A stretch of DNA of 64,000 bases, from positions 3,072,001 to 3,136,000 of the forward strand of contig CBDEFM010000002.1 of NCBI GenBank assembly GCA_965237415.1. Reading direction: 5' to 3'. The notes beneath the pieces were generated by a model. That model ran no database searches. It was not told where the DNA came from and worked only from the letters and a program-made list of their open reading frames with translations. The position numbers and the translations under genes are program-made. This DNA is from Alphaproteobacteria bacterium. Lineage in GTDB: Bacteria > Pseudomonadota > Alphaproteobacteria > UBA828. Shown here in pieces: positions 1 to 9,284 of the stretch. The stretch's first letter is position 1; every line of letters starts with the position of its first letter.

Positions 1-2
1 AG

Positions 3-392
3 GCCGAACGGGAGCTCGCCGGCCTGCCCGACGAGGCGCGTGAGGGCAAGGCCCTGCGCTCGCTCATCAACCATCGCGAGGGGCTGAGCGTCTTCGTCGA
101 CCGCCCGCTGACGCCGATGGACAACAATCTCGCCGAAAGGATGCTCAGAGGGCCAGCGATCGGAAGACGCCTGTCGTTCGGCTCCGACAGCGAGACCGGC
201 GCCCGGTTCACGGCCATGATGTACTCGGTGGTGGGCACCCTCGCGTTGAACGGCATCGATGTCCTGCGCTGGCTTGAGGCGTGGCTGGAAGAATGCGCGA
301 AGAATGGCCGTCGACCGCCGGACGACCTGTCGCCTTGGCTGCCATGGTCGATGAACGAGGAACACAGGCTCGCACTGACGGCGCCGGGATGA
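3..392 (+). CDS. IS66-family transposase TnpC, C-terminal part (runs in from the window edge)
   Basis: Motif MDNNLAERMLRGPAIGRRLSFGSDS...SVVGTLALNGID...WLPW is typical of the IS66 C-terminus. Confidence 0.9.
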   Translation, partial: AERELAGLPDEAREGKALRSLINHREGLSVFVDRPLTPMDNNLAERMLRGPAIGRRLSFGSDSETGARFTAMMYSVVGTLALNGIDVLRWLEAWLEECAKNGRRPPDDLSPWLPWSMNEEHRLALTAPG

Positions 393-1270
393 CCGGCGCC
401 GTCGAGTGCCGCTATTACGGCCGCGACTTCACCGCCGAAGAGATGGCGCTGCTGCGCGCCCTGATCGCCGACCCTCCGGCGCTGAACCGCCATCGCCTGT
501 CGAAGGCGTTCTGCCGGCGCATCGGCTGGTTCAAGCCCGACGGCGGCCTCAAGGACATGATGGCCAGGGTCACCATGCTCGATATGCACCGCGACGGCCT
601 CATCGTTCTGCCGCCGAAGCAGGGACGGCAGAACCGGCCCAAGCCCATCATCTTCGGACCGCACACCCAACCGCCGCTGTTCCCGACGCCGACAACCCTC
701 GACGAGGTCCGTCCGCTCACCCTGCGGCCCGTCGTGCGCGGCACCCGGGAGGGCAAGCTGTGGAACGAGTTCATCGCCCGCTACCACTATCTCGGCTACA
801 GGACCCTGGTCGGCGCCCAGATGCGCTACGCCGCCCACGACCGCAACGGCTGGCCCGTCGCCATGCTCGGCTTCTCCACCGCCGCCTGGAAGCTCGCCCC
901 GCGCGACACCTTCATCGGGTGGACGCCGCAACTGCGCGAGAAGAACCTCCCCCTCGTGGTCGATAACCCGCGGTTCCTGATCCTGCCCTGGATCAATATC
1001 CCCAACCTGGGCTCGCACATCCTCGCCATCATCCGCCGGCGCCTGCCCGAGGACTGGACCGAGCGCTACAACACAACGCCCGTGCTCATCGAGACTTTCG
1101 TCGAGACGCCCCGCTACACCGGAGCCGTCTACAGAGCCTCCGGCTGGATCCATGTCGGAGCGACCAAGGGGCGCGGCCGATACGACCGGGACAAGCTGTA
1201 CGACAAGCCCAGGAAGGACATCTGGCTTCGGCCCCTGCGAAGAGATTGGAAGCGAACCCTCAATCGGTAA
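389..1270 (+). CDS. DUF4338 (Druantia DruA-like) domain protein
   Basis: WNEFIARYHYLGY, GFSTAAWKLAPRD.FIGW, NPRFLILPW, ETFVE, YRASGW motifs; ATGA overlap with tnpC. Confidence 0.85.
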   Translation: MTGAVECRYYGRDFTAEEMALLRALIADPPALNRHRLSKAFCRRIGWFKPDGGLKDMMARVTMLDMHRDGLIVLPPKQGRQNRPKPIIFGPHTQPPLFPTPTTLDEVRPLTLRPVVRGTREGKLWNEFIARYHYLGYRTLVGAQMRYAAHDRNGWPVAMLGFSTAAWKLAPRDTFIGWTPQLREKNLPLVVDNPRFLILPWINIPNLGSHILAIIRRRLPEDWTERYNTTPVLIETFVETPRYTGAVYRASGWIHVGATKGRGRYDRDKLYDKPRKDIWLRPLRRDWKRTLNR

Positions 1271-1379
1271 AATCCACCGACCCATACCGGCCCGACCGAA
1301 CCTTTACGAATGCACATTGCTGCGCACCCCCCGCGCAGATCCGGACATGGTCGCTGAACCATCCGGCTCCCCCTGCACC

Positions 1380-1570
1380 TGCTACGGCCGCCCCGCTGAC
1401 CGTCTCCCCGCCCAAGCCCTCCGCCCTGCTGGCCGCCGCCCGCACTCTGCTCCCCATTCCGAGATCGGCCGCGCCCTCGACGCCCCCACATTGCGCGAGG
1501 CGATGACAGGCCCCTTCGGCGCGAGCGACGCCCGGGGCGCCTGGCTCTGGAAGGACGCCTACGAGGCCGG
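1380..1570 (+). pseudogene. N-terminal fragment of a plasmid/ICE strawberry-notch/methylase-helicase protein
   Basis: Frameshifted ...LLAAARTLLP / EIGRALDAPTLREAMTGPFGASDARGAWLWKDAYEA resembles the N-terminus of that family. Confidence 0.5.
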
Positions 1571-1712
1571 CGGCGCTCATGACACAACACCGAAGCGCGG
1601 CAGGAGCGGCCGACGCCGACCATGCGCGCCAGCGCTGCGGCAGCGTTGACGCATCTGAAGAAGCGCATGAAACGCCGCCATGCAGATGGTTCCTGGCGTC
1701 TCGTCCGGGCGC

Positions 1713-2195
1713 TCAGCGCGACAGCAGCCCCGATCGCATCGTTGGGTTTATCAACCAGACCGCCCTTCGCCGCCGCCGCCGGCCCCGGCGCATCGCCAAC
1801 GGGAGCCACGCCGCAACGCCGATCCCCGCCGCACCCGCCGCCTGCATCTCCGGTCCGAGCGACGCTGCGAAGGCGCACCACACTATGCCGACCAGCGCCA
1901 GCAACACGAATGTTGTCCATGCAGCAGCCGGACGCGTCTTCCCCAGCAGGAGCCACGCCAGACCGAGCGGCACGCCGCCCACCGCCAGACACACCCATCC
2001 TTCAGCGCTCGACGCCGGCACCCCGCCGCCCATCCCCGCAGTGAGGACGGCCGCGGAGCCCGGAAGCCAGCCGACGACGAGCAGTACCGCAGCGGCCCTG
2101 GCAGCCACACTGCGTCCGTGCCCGTCTTCCTCCGACCGTCTCGAATCCCGATCCGGCGGATGGAGAATTGGTGCGAACGAGGTCTCGACGCCCAT
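1713..2195 (-). CDS. Hypothetical membrane protein (about 4 TM segments)
   Basis: Four hydrophobic stretches followed by an Arg-rich tail. Confidence 0.45.
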   Translation of the reverse strand: MGVETSFAPILHPPDRDSRRSEEDGHGRSVAARAAAVLLVVGWLPGSAAVLTAGMGGGVPASSAEGWVCLAVGGVPLGLAWLLLGKTRPAAAWTTFVLLALVGIVWCAFAASLGPEMQAAGAAGIGVAAWLPLAMRRGRRRRRRAVWLINPTMRSGLLSR

Positions 2196-2473
2196 ACAAT
2201 GACGGGGCACTGCCGCGCCCCGATCTCCCTTTTGACGGCGCAGGCTAAACCCGTTTCGGCGCTTTCGCCAGGAACTCGCAGGCGCCGCCCATGACAAGCA
2301 GCCCCGGCTCATTGCCCCGTTTGGAACAGTGCCGAGATGGCGCAGTGATCGGGGTGCGGTCCGTGACGCGGCAGCGCGCGCATCCGCATGGCCGTTCTGG
2401 CCACCGTCCCTGCCACCGTTCCCGTGCGAGGCGGGGGGCTCCCGTGAGGGGCAGGCCGGGCGGAGGCCGGAGC

Positions 2474-2701
2474 ATGACCACCATCCTGAAGATGAGGGAC
2501 GGGACGGATCTGCGCCGGAGGCTGGAGCTATGCGGCCCGGTCAGGATCGATCGCCGCAAGAGGTGCGGCAATCCCTGGGTCGCGGGACGCGGCGGGAGCC
2601 ACGCCCAGGTGATCGCGCGCTACTGCGTGGATCTGTGGCGCCGCGTCCGCGCAGGCGAGGCAGCACGCCGGCGATCTACGGCTTCGCCGGCTCCACGATG
2701 A
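2474..2701 (+). pseudogene. DUF4326-like fragment
   Basis: PVRIDRRKRCGNPW...VIARY..DLWRR motif; truncated by the adjacent gene. Confidence 0.55.
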
Positions 2702-2930
2702 TTCGCCCACGCCCGCGTCTGACCAGATAGCCGCCGCGCGGGATCGCCAGTGTGCCCTGCCGCACCATCGGCCACAGCGCGTCCACGATCAACGCTGCGC
2801 TCCCGTCTGCCTTCCCTTCAGTCGCTCCCTGTAGTGCCAGCCATTCGGCGAAGGCTTTCTCGCCGACCTGGTCGCCCACTGACTTCTTCAGTGCATTCAA
2901 CTTGCGCAGCTGCCCCTTGGTCATGGCCAA
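2676..2930 (-). CDS. Small hypothetical protein, paralogue of 17447-17731
   Basis: About 59/81 identical residues with the 17447-17731 product (manual alignment). Confidence 0.75.
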   Translation of the reverse strand: MAMTKGQLRKLNALKKSVGDQVGEKAFAEWLALQGATEGKADGSAALIVDALWPMVRQGTLAIPRGGYLVRRGRGRIIVEPAKP

Positions 2931-3057
2931 GAGCCCGCTCGGCTTTGGTGTGGTGATGTTCGATTACATCCCTGAGGGCCTCGACATCCGAGGCGTCGAG
3001 CGAGTGCACGCCAATCCGCTCGCTCGATGGGCTCTTGATCCCAACGACCCAACTCTG

Positions 3058-3778
3058 TCGGCTGATACGCGGCTCGGCCGAGTTCGACGATCTCGACGCC
3101 TATCGCGCCTTCATTGCCGAGGTCGTGGGCCGCGCCAACGCCCACCGCGCGAAGCGTATCAACGCCGAGCGTGCTCTCCTGCAGGACCTGCCGGCGATGC
3201 GCGCCGCCGACTACGAGGAGACCAGCGTGCTGGTCACTTCGTCGTCCGGCTTCACCCTGAAGCGGGTGTTCTACACCGTGCCCTCGCGCCTCATCGGCCA
3301 CCGCCTCGGCGTGCGCCTCTACGATGACCGCCTCGAGCTCTTCCTCAGCGGCACCCGCCACCTGACGCTGCCGCGCGGGCGGCCGAGCAAGACGGGCACC
3401 CATGTGCACGTCGTCAACTACCGCCACGTCATCCATTCCTTGAAGAGGAAGCCGATGGCGCTGCTGAACCTGGTCTACCGCGACGCCCTGTTCCCCCGCG
3501 ACGCTTATCGGCGCTGCTTCGAGGTGGCCCTGGAGCGGTTCACCGAGCGCGAGGCCTGCCGGCTCACGGTAACCCTCCTGGCGCTGGCCCATGAGGAGAA
3601 CTGCGAGGCCGAGCTGGCGGCGGCGATCGACGGCATCCTGGACGAGGGGCGGCTACCCGCCCCCAACGACCTCAAGGCGCGCTTCGCGCCGGACCCGGGC
3701 AAGATGCCCAGGATCGACGTCGCCAGGACGCATCTGGCCGGCTACGGGTCTCTGCTGAGCGCAGGAGGTGCGTCATGA
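3058..3778 (+). pseudogene. istA: IS21 transposase IstA, C-terminal fragment
   Basis: RGSAEFDDLDAYRAFI...FYTVPSRLIG...NYRHVIHSLKRKP; N-terminal/DDE part absent. Confidence 0.85.
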
Positions 3779-4617
3779 CCGGCAGCGACGACCTCACGGC
3801 AACCGACCCCAACAAGGTCGATGCCATCAAGCTCTCCCTGATGCTCGCCGATCTCCGCCTGCCGACGATCAACCAGCTCTGGAAGAGCTTCGCCAAGCGC
3901 GCCGATGCCGAGGGCTGGACCGCCGCCCGCTTCCTCGCAGCCCTCGCCGAGCACGAGCTCGCCGAACGCGACCGAAGGCGCATCGAACGCCATCTCAGGG
4001 AGGCTAGGCTGCTGCCGGGCAAGAGCCTCGCCTCCTTCGACTTCAAGGCGGTGCCGATGCTCGCAAAGGCCCAGGTCATGGCGCTCGCCGCCGGTGACGG
4101 CTGGCTCAACCAGGGCGCCAACTGTCTCGTGTTTGGCCCGCCCGGCGCCGGCAAAAGCCATCTTGCCTCTGCCATCGGCCTCGCCCTGGTCGAGAACGGC
4201 TATCGCGTACTCTTCACCCGCACCACCGATCTGGTGCAGCGCCTGCAGGTGGCAAGGCGCGAGCTCGCCCTGGAAAGCCAGCTCGCAAGGCTCGACCGCT
4301 ACCATCTTCTGATCCTCGACGACCTCGCCTACGTGCAAAAGGATCAGGCCGAGACCAGCGTCCTCTTCGAGCTCATCTCGGCCCGCTACGAACGGCGCTC
4401 TCTTCTAATAACCGCGAACCAGCCCTTCGGAGAATGGAACAAGGTGTTCCCGGACGAGACCACTGCGGTGGCCGCCGTCGATCGCCTCGTCCACCACGCC
4501 ACAATCCTCGAGATGAACGTCGAGAGCTATCGCCGCCGCGCCGCGCTCGACAGACGAAAAAGGGGACCGGGGCGGCCCGCCAAGATCGCCACCGAGAAAA
4601 ACACCACCGAGGACTGA
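3775..4617 (+). CDS. istB: IS21 helper ATPase IstB
   Basis: GPPGAGKS Walker A, LLILDDLAY Walker B, DRLVHHA; ATGA overlap with istA. Confidence 0.95.
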   Translation: MTGSDDLTATDPNKVDAIKLSLMLADLRLPTINQLWKSFAKRADAEGWTAARFLAALAEHELAERDRRRIERHLREARLLPGKSLASFDFKAVPMLAKAQVMALAAGDGWLNQGANCLVFGPPGAGKSHLASAIGLALVENGYRVLFTRTTDLVQRLQVARRELALESQLARLDRYHLLILDDLAYVQKDQAETSVLFELISARYERRSLLITANQPFGEWNKVFPDETTAVAAVDRLVHHATILEMNVESYRRRAALDRRKRGPGRPAKIATEKNTTED

Positions 4618-4989
4618 GCCACGCACGGGTGCCGCCCCGGCGGCGCTCACGCTCGCTCCCTGCGGCCCGTCGGCATCTCAGTCGGCGGGCCGCACTTTAC
4701 TCCACGCATCCCGGCCGCAATCCCCCACAGCGATATCGCACCGATCGATCATGCGGACGCTCCGCGACAATCTGTGTGTGTCGCGCCGCGACAATCAACG
4801 AGACGAAGGCCCTTGCAATGCCCGACGCTGCCCGCAATCATGCGCCCGCCGCTGGCGCCGGGAATCTCACCCTGATTGACGCGCGGCTCTCATCCAGATC
4901 GTCGCGCTATAGCGAGAGCTCTCAAAACGAAGGCGTTTCCCCGAACTTGCCCGCAAACGCAATAGTGAGGTGCAGTATGAAGCGTAGTC

Positions 4990-5359
4990 CTGGAGCTCGG
5001 ACGAGCCGCGGAGGGCCTGACCCGGTCGCGTGGCCCCGCTCTTGCGGGCGTGATGGACCAGCAGGACGGCGGTCTCGAAACGGCGCTGGAGGCCGCGCAG
5101 GAAGCCGAGGATGGGTGCGATATCCGCGACGGCGTTCTCGTCGACGCCGTGGAGGCGGACCAGGGGGTCGAGGACCAGGAGGCGCGGCCTGATGCGCGCC
5201 ACGGTGTCCTGCAGGCCCTGGCGGTCGTTGCGGTGGTCGAGACGCAGGACGGGCACGTTGATGACGGCGATGTCGAGGGTCTCGAAGTCGGCGCCGGCGA
5301 CCCGGGCGATACCTTCGAGGCGGCTGCGCACGATATGGGCGGCGTCCTCGGCGGCGAAC
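4990..5359 (-). pseudogene. AAA_25/RepA-like ATPase internal fragment
   Basis: AAED...LLVLDPLVRLH..DEN...VLLVHHARK...LRGSSEL; both ends truncated. Confidence 0.75.
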
Positions 5360-5506
5360 TGGAGTTGCCCGGTTTCGTGGACGGTTATGGATTTGTGCGA
5401 GCGAGGGGTAGCTGGCTCCTCTCGTAGTTGACGGGTGACAGATAAGCGACATCGTGGACTCCTTTCTCCCAACTGATCAGGTGTCCACCAAAACGGGTCA
5501 AGTCCA
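5360..5506 (-). mobile_element. 147-bp internally deleted IS3-family element (MITE-like)
   Basis: TG...CA imperfect terminal IRs (TGGAGTTGCCCGGTTTCGTGGAC / TGGACTTGACCCGTTTTGGTGGAC). The interior is RBS+ATG of orfA fused to the orfB end (AYLSPVNYE...*). Confidence 0.75.
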
Positions 5507-5708
5507 ATGGCATTGGACGTGCAAAGCCACACCGGTGCCGGACACGGCGAGCGGACGCCGAATCGGCTCACATATCGCAACGGCTACTGCGAGCGCAGCT
5601 GGGAGACCCACGCCGGTACGGTCGCCCTCAAGATTTCCAAGCTCAGGAAGGGGAGCTACTTCCCCTCCTTCCTGGAGCCCAGGCGGATGGCCGAGAAGGC
5701 GCTGGCCA
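5507..5708 (+). pseudogene. IS256-family transposase N-terminal fragment
   Basis: ERTPNRLTYRNGYCERSWETHAGTVALKISKLRKGSYFPSFLEPRR. Confidence 0.85.
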
Positions 5709-5719
5709 TCCGATCCGCG

Positions 5720-6616
5720 CTATTCGGCAGCCTCCGATACCAGCGCCGTGGCTTCGCAAATCCTGATGAACTCCTCCCGCAGTTCCGGGTGGTGTTTCTT
5801 GAGGTAGCGGTTGATCACAGCTTTGCCGAGCAGCGACTGCACGTACCGTACCGCCAGAATCAGATTGAGGTGGTCCGGGCCGAAGGTCGCCTCGATTCGC
5901 TTGATGCTGCGTTGAAGGGTCGCCATCTCCCGCTCCATCCGCGCGAGTTCTTCCCGCGAAATCCCCTTGGGAGTCCTGAGCCCGGCGGCGTCGACCAACT
6001 GGTCCGGCGATGTCGATGCGACCAGGGCGTTGGCGTAGGGGACGGTGTAGTTGTTCATGGAGATCATCATCTCTGCCGCCTCGACCTGCCGCATCGGCTT
6101 CATCTTCTTGAGTGCCTGGATGGTGTTCATCGGACACTGCTTGTCCTTGAGGATCTCCGTCGCCTCCGGGCAGACTCCGTTCAGAAGATCCCGTTTGGCG
6201 CGAATGCTTGTAACGTTGACGTCCAAGGTCTCGGCAATCCGCTCCTCGGAAACACCGCGCTCGATGAGCTTCAGGATCATCCTGTGTTCCTGGATCGTCG
6301 CCAGGCGATTGACCTGCCTGTTGTAAGTGAAGGCCTCGTCGTCGGTCGAAAGCAGACAGGTCACTATGTCGATACCCAGCTCCTTCAGCACCTCTATCCT
6401 GAGGTGGCCCTCGAGCAGCAGATACTTGTCCTTCAACTTGGCATGCCGCGTCACGATGGGAGGCTGCGCGATGCCGATCTTTTGGATGGACGCCGCGATC
6501 TGCCGGTACTTCCGACTCTTTCTGACACTATCGGGCACCTGCTTTAGCGGGAGAATGTTGAGGACCGCGATCGTCACGCTCTCGGGCTCGAAACCCATCT
6601 GCACCTTACCGGTCAT
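5720..6616 (-). CDS. ParB-like / RepB C-terminal-domain partition protein
   Basis: IAASIQKIGIAQPPIV...YLLLEGHLRI ParB motif; third gene of the recombinase-ParB-ParB module. Confidence 0.85.
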   Translation of the reverse strand: MTGKVQMGFEPESVTIAVLNILPLKQVPDSVRKSRKYRQIAASIQKIGIAQPPIVTRHAKLKDKYLLLEGHLRIEVLKELGIDIVTCLLSTDDEAFTYNRQVNRLATIQEHRMILKLIERGVSEERIAETLDVNVTSIRAKRDLLNGVCPEATEILKDKQCPMNTIQALKKMKPMRQVEAAEMMISMNNYTVPYANALVASTSPDQLVDAAGLRTPKGISREELARMEREMATLQRSIKRIEATFGPDHLNLILAVRYVQSLLGKAVINRYLKKHHPELREEFIRICEATALVSEAAE

Positions 6617-6617
6617 G

Positions 6618-7514
6618 TCATTGCTCCTCGAGTTCTTCGATCAGACGCGCCAGCGGCGCCGGCAGAGTGTGCACGTCCTCGGCGCGAAGTAGGGTCACGA
6701 AGTGCTCGTCGGACAGCAGCATCCGCAGGCCCTGGACGATGAGCTGGAGCCGGCCCTCGGTAACTTCCGCCCGCTTGATCGTCAGTCGCTGGCGTTCAGC
6801 TTGGCTCTTCAGCTGGCGGACCACTGAGGCGGAAGAGGTGTTTGTCCGTCCGCGATCGTCGTGAACCGTCTGACACGCCTTGCCATACCTCTGGCGCTGC
6901 TCGACCCGACGCCTTGCATCGATCAATTGTTTGCCGCTCAAGTCGTCATTCTCGTAAGCGTCGGCCAGAACCTGCTGGACATGCTCGTCATCCGCGGCCG
7001 CGATGGCCACGGCGACGCTGAGCGGCATCCTGCCGCTCTCGACTGCAACCAGCAGCCGCTCCTCCCCGGCTTCCAAAAGGCGTCGGATTCTTTGGGCATA
7101 GTTGCGGGAAAAGCCAATCTTCCGGCCGATCTGCGTATCCGTGTAGCCCCGTTCCTTGAGGGTGGCGATTTCACGAAGAAGCTCCATCGGTCGGTGCCGA
7201 CGGCGCGCGACATTCTCCACCAAACTCATGATCAGGCAGTCCTGCTCATCCACATCGACGACAATTGCCGGAATCGCCCTCTGCCCGAGCGCGATGAAGG
7301 CCTCGAGCCGACCCTGCCCGTAGACCAGATTGTATGCCGCCTCGCCGTCCGGGCCCTTGACGCGGCTCACCTTGATGGGCTGCTTGAGCCCCACCTTGGC
7401 AATACTGTCGACGATCTCGAGAAACTTCTTCTTGTCGCGCACGCGGGGATTGAGGACGGTGATCCGGACGACGGGGATCGTCTCGATTGTGAAGTCGTTC
7501 TCCGAGCCGGTCAT
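6618..7514 (-). CDS. ParB/RepB/Spo0J-family protein
   Basis: NPRVR...SIAKVGLKQPI...LVYGQGRLEA...SLVENVARR. Confidence 0.9.
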   Translation of the reverse strand: MTGSENDFTIETIPVVRITVLNPRVRDKKKFLEIVDSIAKVGLKQPIKVSRVKGPDGEAAYNLVYGQGRLEAFIALGQRAIPAIVVDVDEQDCLIMSLVENVARRRHRPMELLREIATLKERGYTDTQIGRKIGFSRNYAQRIRRLLEAGEERLLVAVESGRMPLSVAVAIAAADDEHVQQVLADAYENDDLSGKQLIDARRRVEQRQRYGKACQTVHDDRGRTNTSSASVVRQLKSQAERQRLTIKRAEVTEGRLQLIVQGLRMLLSDEHFVTLLRAEDVHTLPAPLARLIEELEEQ

Positions 7515-9091
7515 GCTGCGAGCTCCGAGATGCGGGCCCGCTCGGCCATGGCGAAGAAGAACTCCAGCGTCTCAAACCGGAAAGCGTCGAGCATCAAGTC
7601 ATTCTCGTCAGCGAGCCGGATGCGGTTCGTGCACAGCGCCGTGAGCGGCAGAAGGTAGTAGTCCAGCACCTGATCATTGGCATCGTCCATGCGAAGCGCG
7701 ACGGTGAGGTCGGGCGCGAGGCCAATGTCCAGCCGGATATTCCATCTTCGGAAGCCGACTCTCGTGTGCTGACAGCGGGCGATCACGATCGAAGCGGTGA
7801 ACTCCTCGTTCACGGTCAGAAGGTCGGTGGCCGGATCCCGGGAAACCGCGCCGCCGATGTCCTCGATCGCGGCGATCGCCTCGGCGACGACCTCGGCGTG
7901 CATCCGGCGGAGCGCCCGATTGATCTCTATGTAGCGATAGTCCCGGTCGGGCGTGAAGCCGACCAGCGAATAGGCGCGAACCAAACTGCCGAAGCGTGAG
8001 GAATAGGCGCCTCTCGACGGCATGTTCTCGGCTTCGTCGATGACGACGCCGGAGAGATAACCTTGGCGCTCTAAGAGCCGCTTGAGCCGGTCCAGCATCT
8101 CTTCGTCCGAGAACCGCCGGTTGCGTTCCCGGATCATGCCCTGGGCGGTGAAGAACAGCTGCTGGTCGACGATCTCCTCGAAGGCGCTGTCGGCCCGGAC
8201 CCACTCTTCGGACGGGTTGTTCACATGCCTTTCCTTCAGCTTGTAGGAGTGCCGGTTGTAAAGGTTGTTGCCAATGTATTTTTCGTTGGTCAGTACCTGA
8301 TGGACGGTGCCGCGGGTCCACGGGCGGTCGAGATCCGTCCTGGTGCCCCGCTCGTTCAGCAGCGCCGCGATCTCGCCCTCAAGACTGCCGCCGTCGACGA
8401 ACTGCCGGTACATCCAGCGGACGGTCTCGACTTCTTCTTCCGGTCCGGGAACCAGGATCACCCGGTCGGTCTGCAAGCTCTTGCGCTGGCCCCTGGAGAG
8501 AATGCCCTGGGGCTCGCGGCTTTGGTCGACGCGCATGCGACGCAGCCCGTACCCCGCCATGCCGCCCTGGCGGAAGCCGAGTTCGATGAGCCGACACTGG
8601 CCGGCGAACACCTTCTTCGATAGCTCGCGGCTGTACTCGGCCGCCATCAAGCGTTTGAAGCTCTTGACCATGTCGGACACGGGGCTGCCGTCGTTGACGA
8701 ACTGCTCCATGCAGTAATGGACCTCGACCTTGGCCCGCCTGCAGGCGAACTCGAGGGACGCGCCTTCGTCGTGATCTTGGAACCGGCCCCAGCGACTCAC
8801 GTCGTAAACCAGGATCGTATCGAAACCAGACTCCCTCACCTTCGCGTCGTTCAGCATGCGTTTCATGCCGGGGCGGTTCTCGAGCCGCAGGCCGCTCCTC
8901 GCTTCATCGGAATAGGTGGCCACGATCTTCTCCATGTCGTGCTCGGCCGCATAACGTTCGATGACCGCAATCTGGTTCTCGGTCGAATATTGCTGGTGTT
9001 CGGTCGACATCCGGAGGTAGGCGACAGCGCGCCGCCGCGGTTTCGCGCGTTCGGATTGGGAATCTCGTTTCGGGTTCGATCTATTGGTCAT
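7511..9091 (-). CDS. Large serine recombinase
   Basis: YLRMSTEHQ catalytic motif, DVSRWGR, recombinase domain (GYG...LTNEKYIG); ATGA overlap with parB. Confidence 0.92.
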   Translation of the reverse strand: MTNRSNPKRDSQSERAKPRRRAVAYLRMSTEHQQYSTENQIAVIERYAAEHDMEKIVATYSDEARSGLRLENRPGMKRMLNDAKVRESGFDTILVYDVSRWGRFQDHDEGASLEFACRRAKVEVHYCMEQFVNDGSPVSDMVKSFKRLMAAEYSRELSKKVFAGQCRLIELGFRQGGMAGYGLRRMRVDQSREPQGILSRGQRKSLQTDRVILVPGPEEEVETVRWMYRQFVDGGSLEGEIAALLNERGTRTDLDRPWTRGTVHQVLTNEKYIGNNLYNRHSYKLKERHVNNPSEEWVRADSAFEEIVDQQLFFTAQGMIRERNRRFSDEEMLDRLKRLLERQGYLSGVVIDEAENMPSRGAYSSRFGSLVRAYSLVGFTPDRDYRYIEINRALRRMHAEVVAEAIAAIEDIGGAVSRDPATDLLTVNEEFTASIVIARCQHTRVGFRRWNIRLDIGLAPDLTVALRMDDANDQVLDYYLLPLTALCTNRIRLADENDLMLDAFRFETLEFFFAMAERARISELAA

Positions 9092-9284
9092 TGAGTCCTC
9101 ATCATGTGCGTGTGTCCGCCAGCTGCCCTGGCGGCAGTGAATCCCCGCGCCCGTGTCTTGTGATTGTCGGTGGCCGGAGGCGGGAAATGCTTGGTGTTGG
9201 GTCTGGAAGGTCTCGACGTGCCGGACGCGGGCGTGCCGGCTGTTCAACTGGCGGCCACGCCCGAGGGCTTGTGCGCTCACCTAA

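Larger units (their letters stand above)
1..1307 (+). mobile_element. Right part of an IS66-family element including the DUF4338 passenger
   Basis: Terminal ...CGAACCTTTAC at 1297-1307 (IS66 ends begin GTAA) lies 37 bp after the DUF4338 stop. Confidence 0.65.

Noticed and set aside
389-1270. Complete Druantia system
   Set aside because: No DruE helicase or other dru genes in the window
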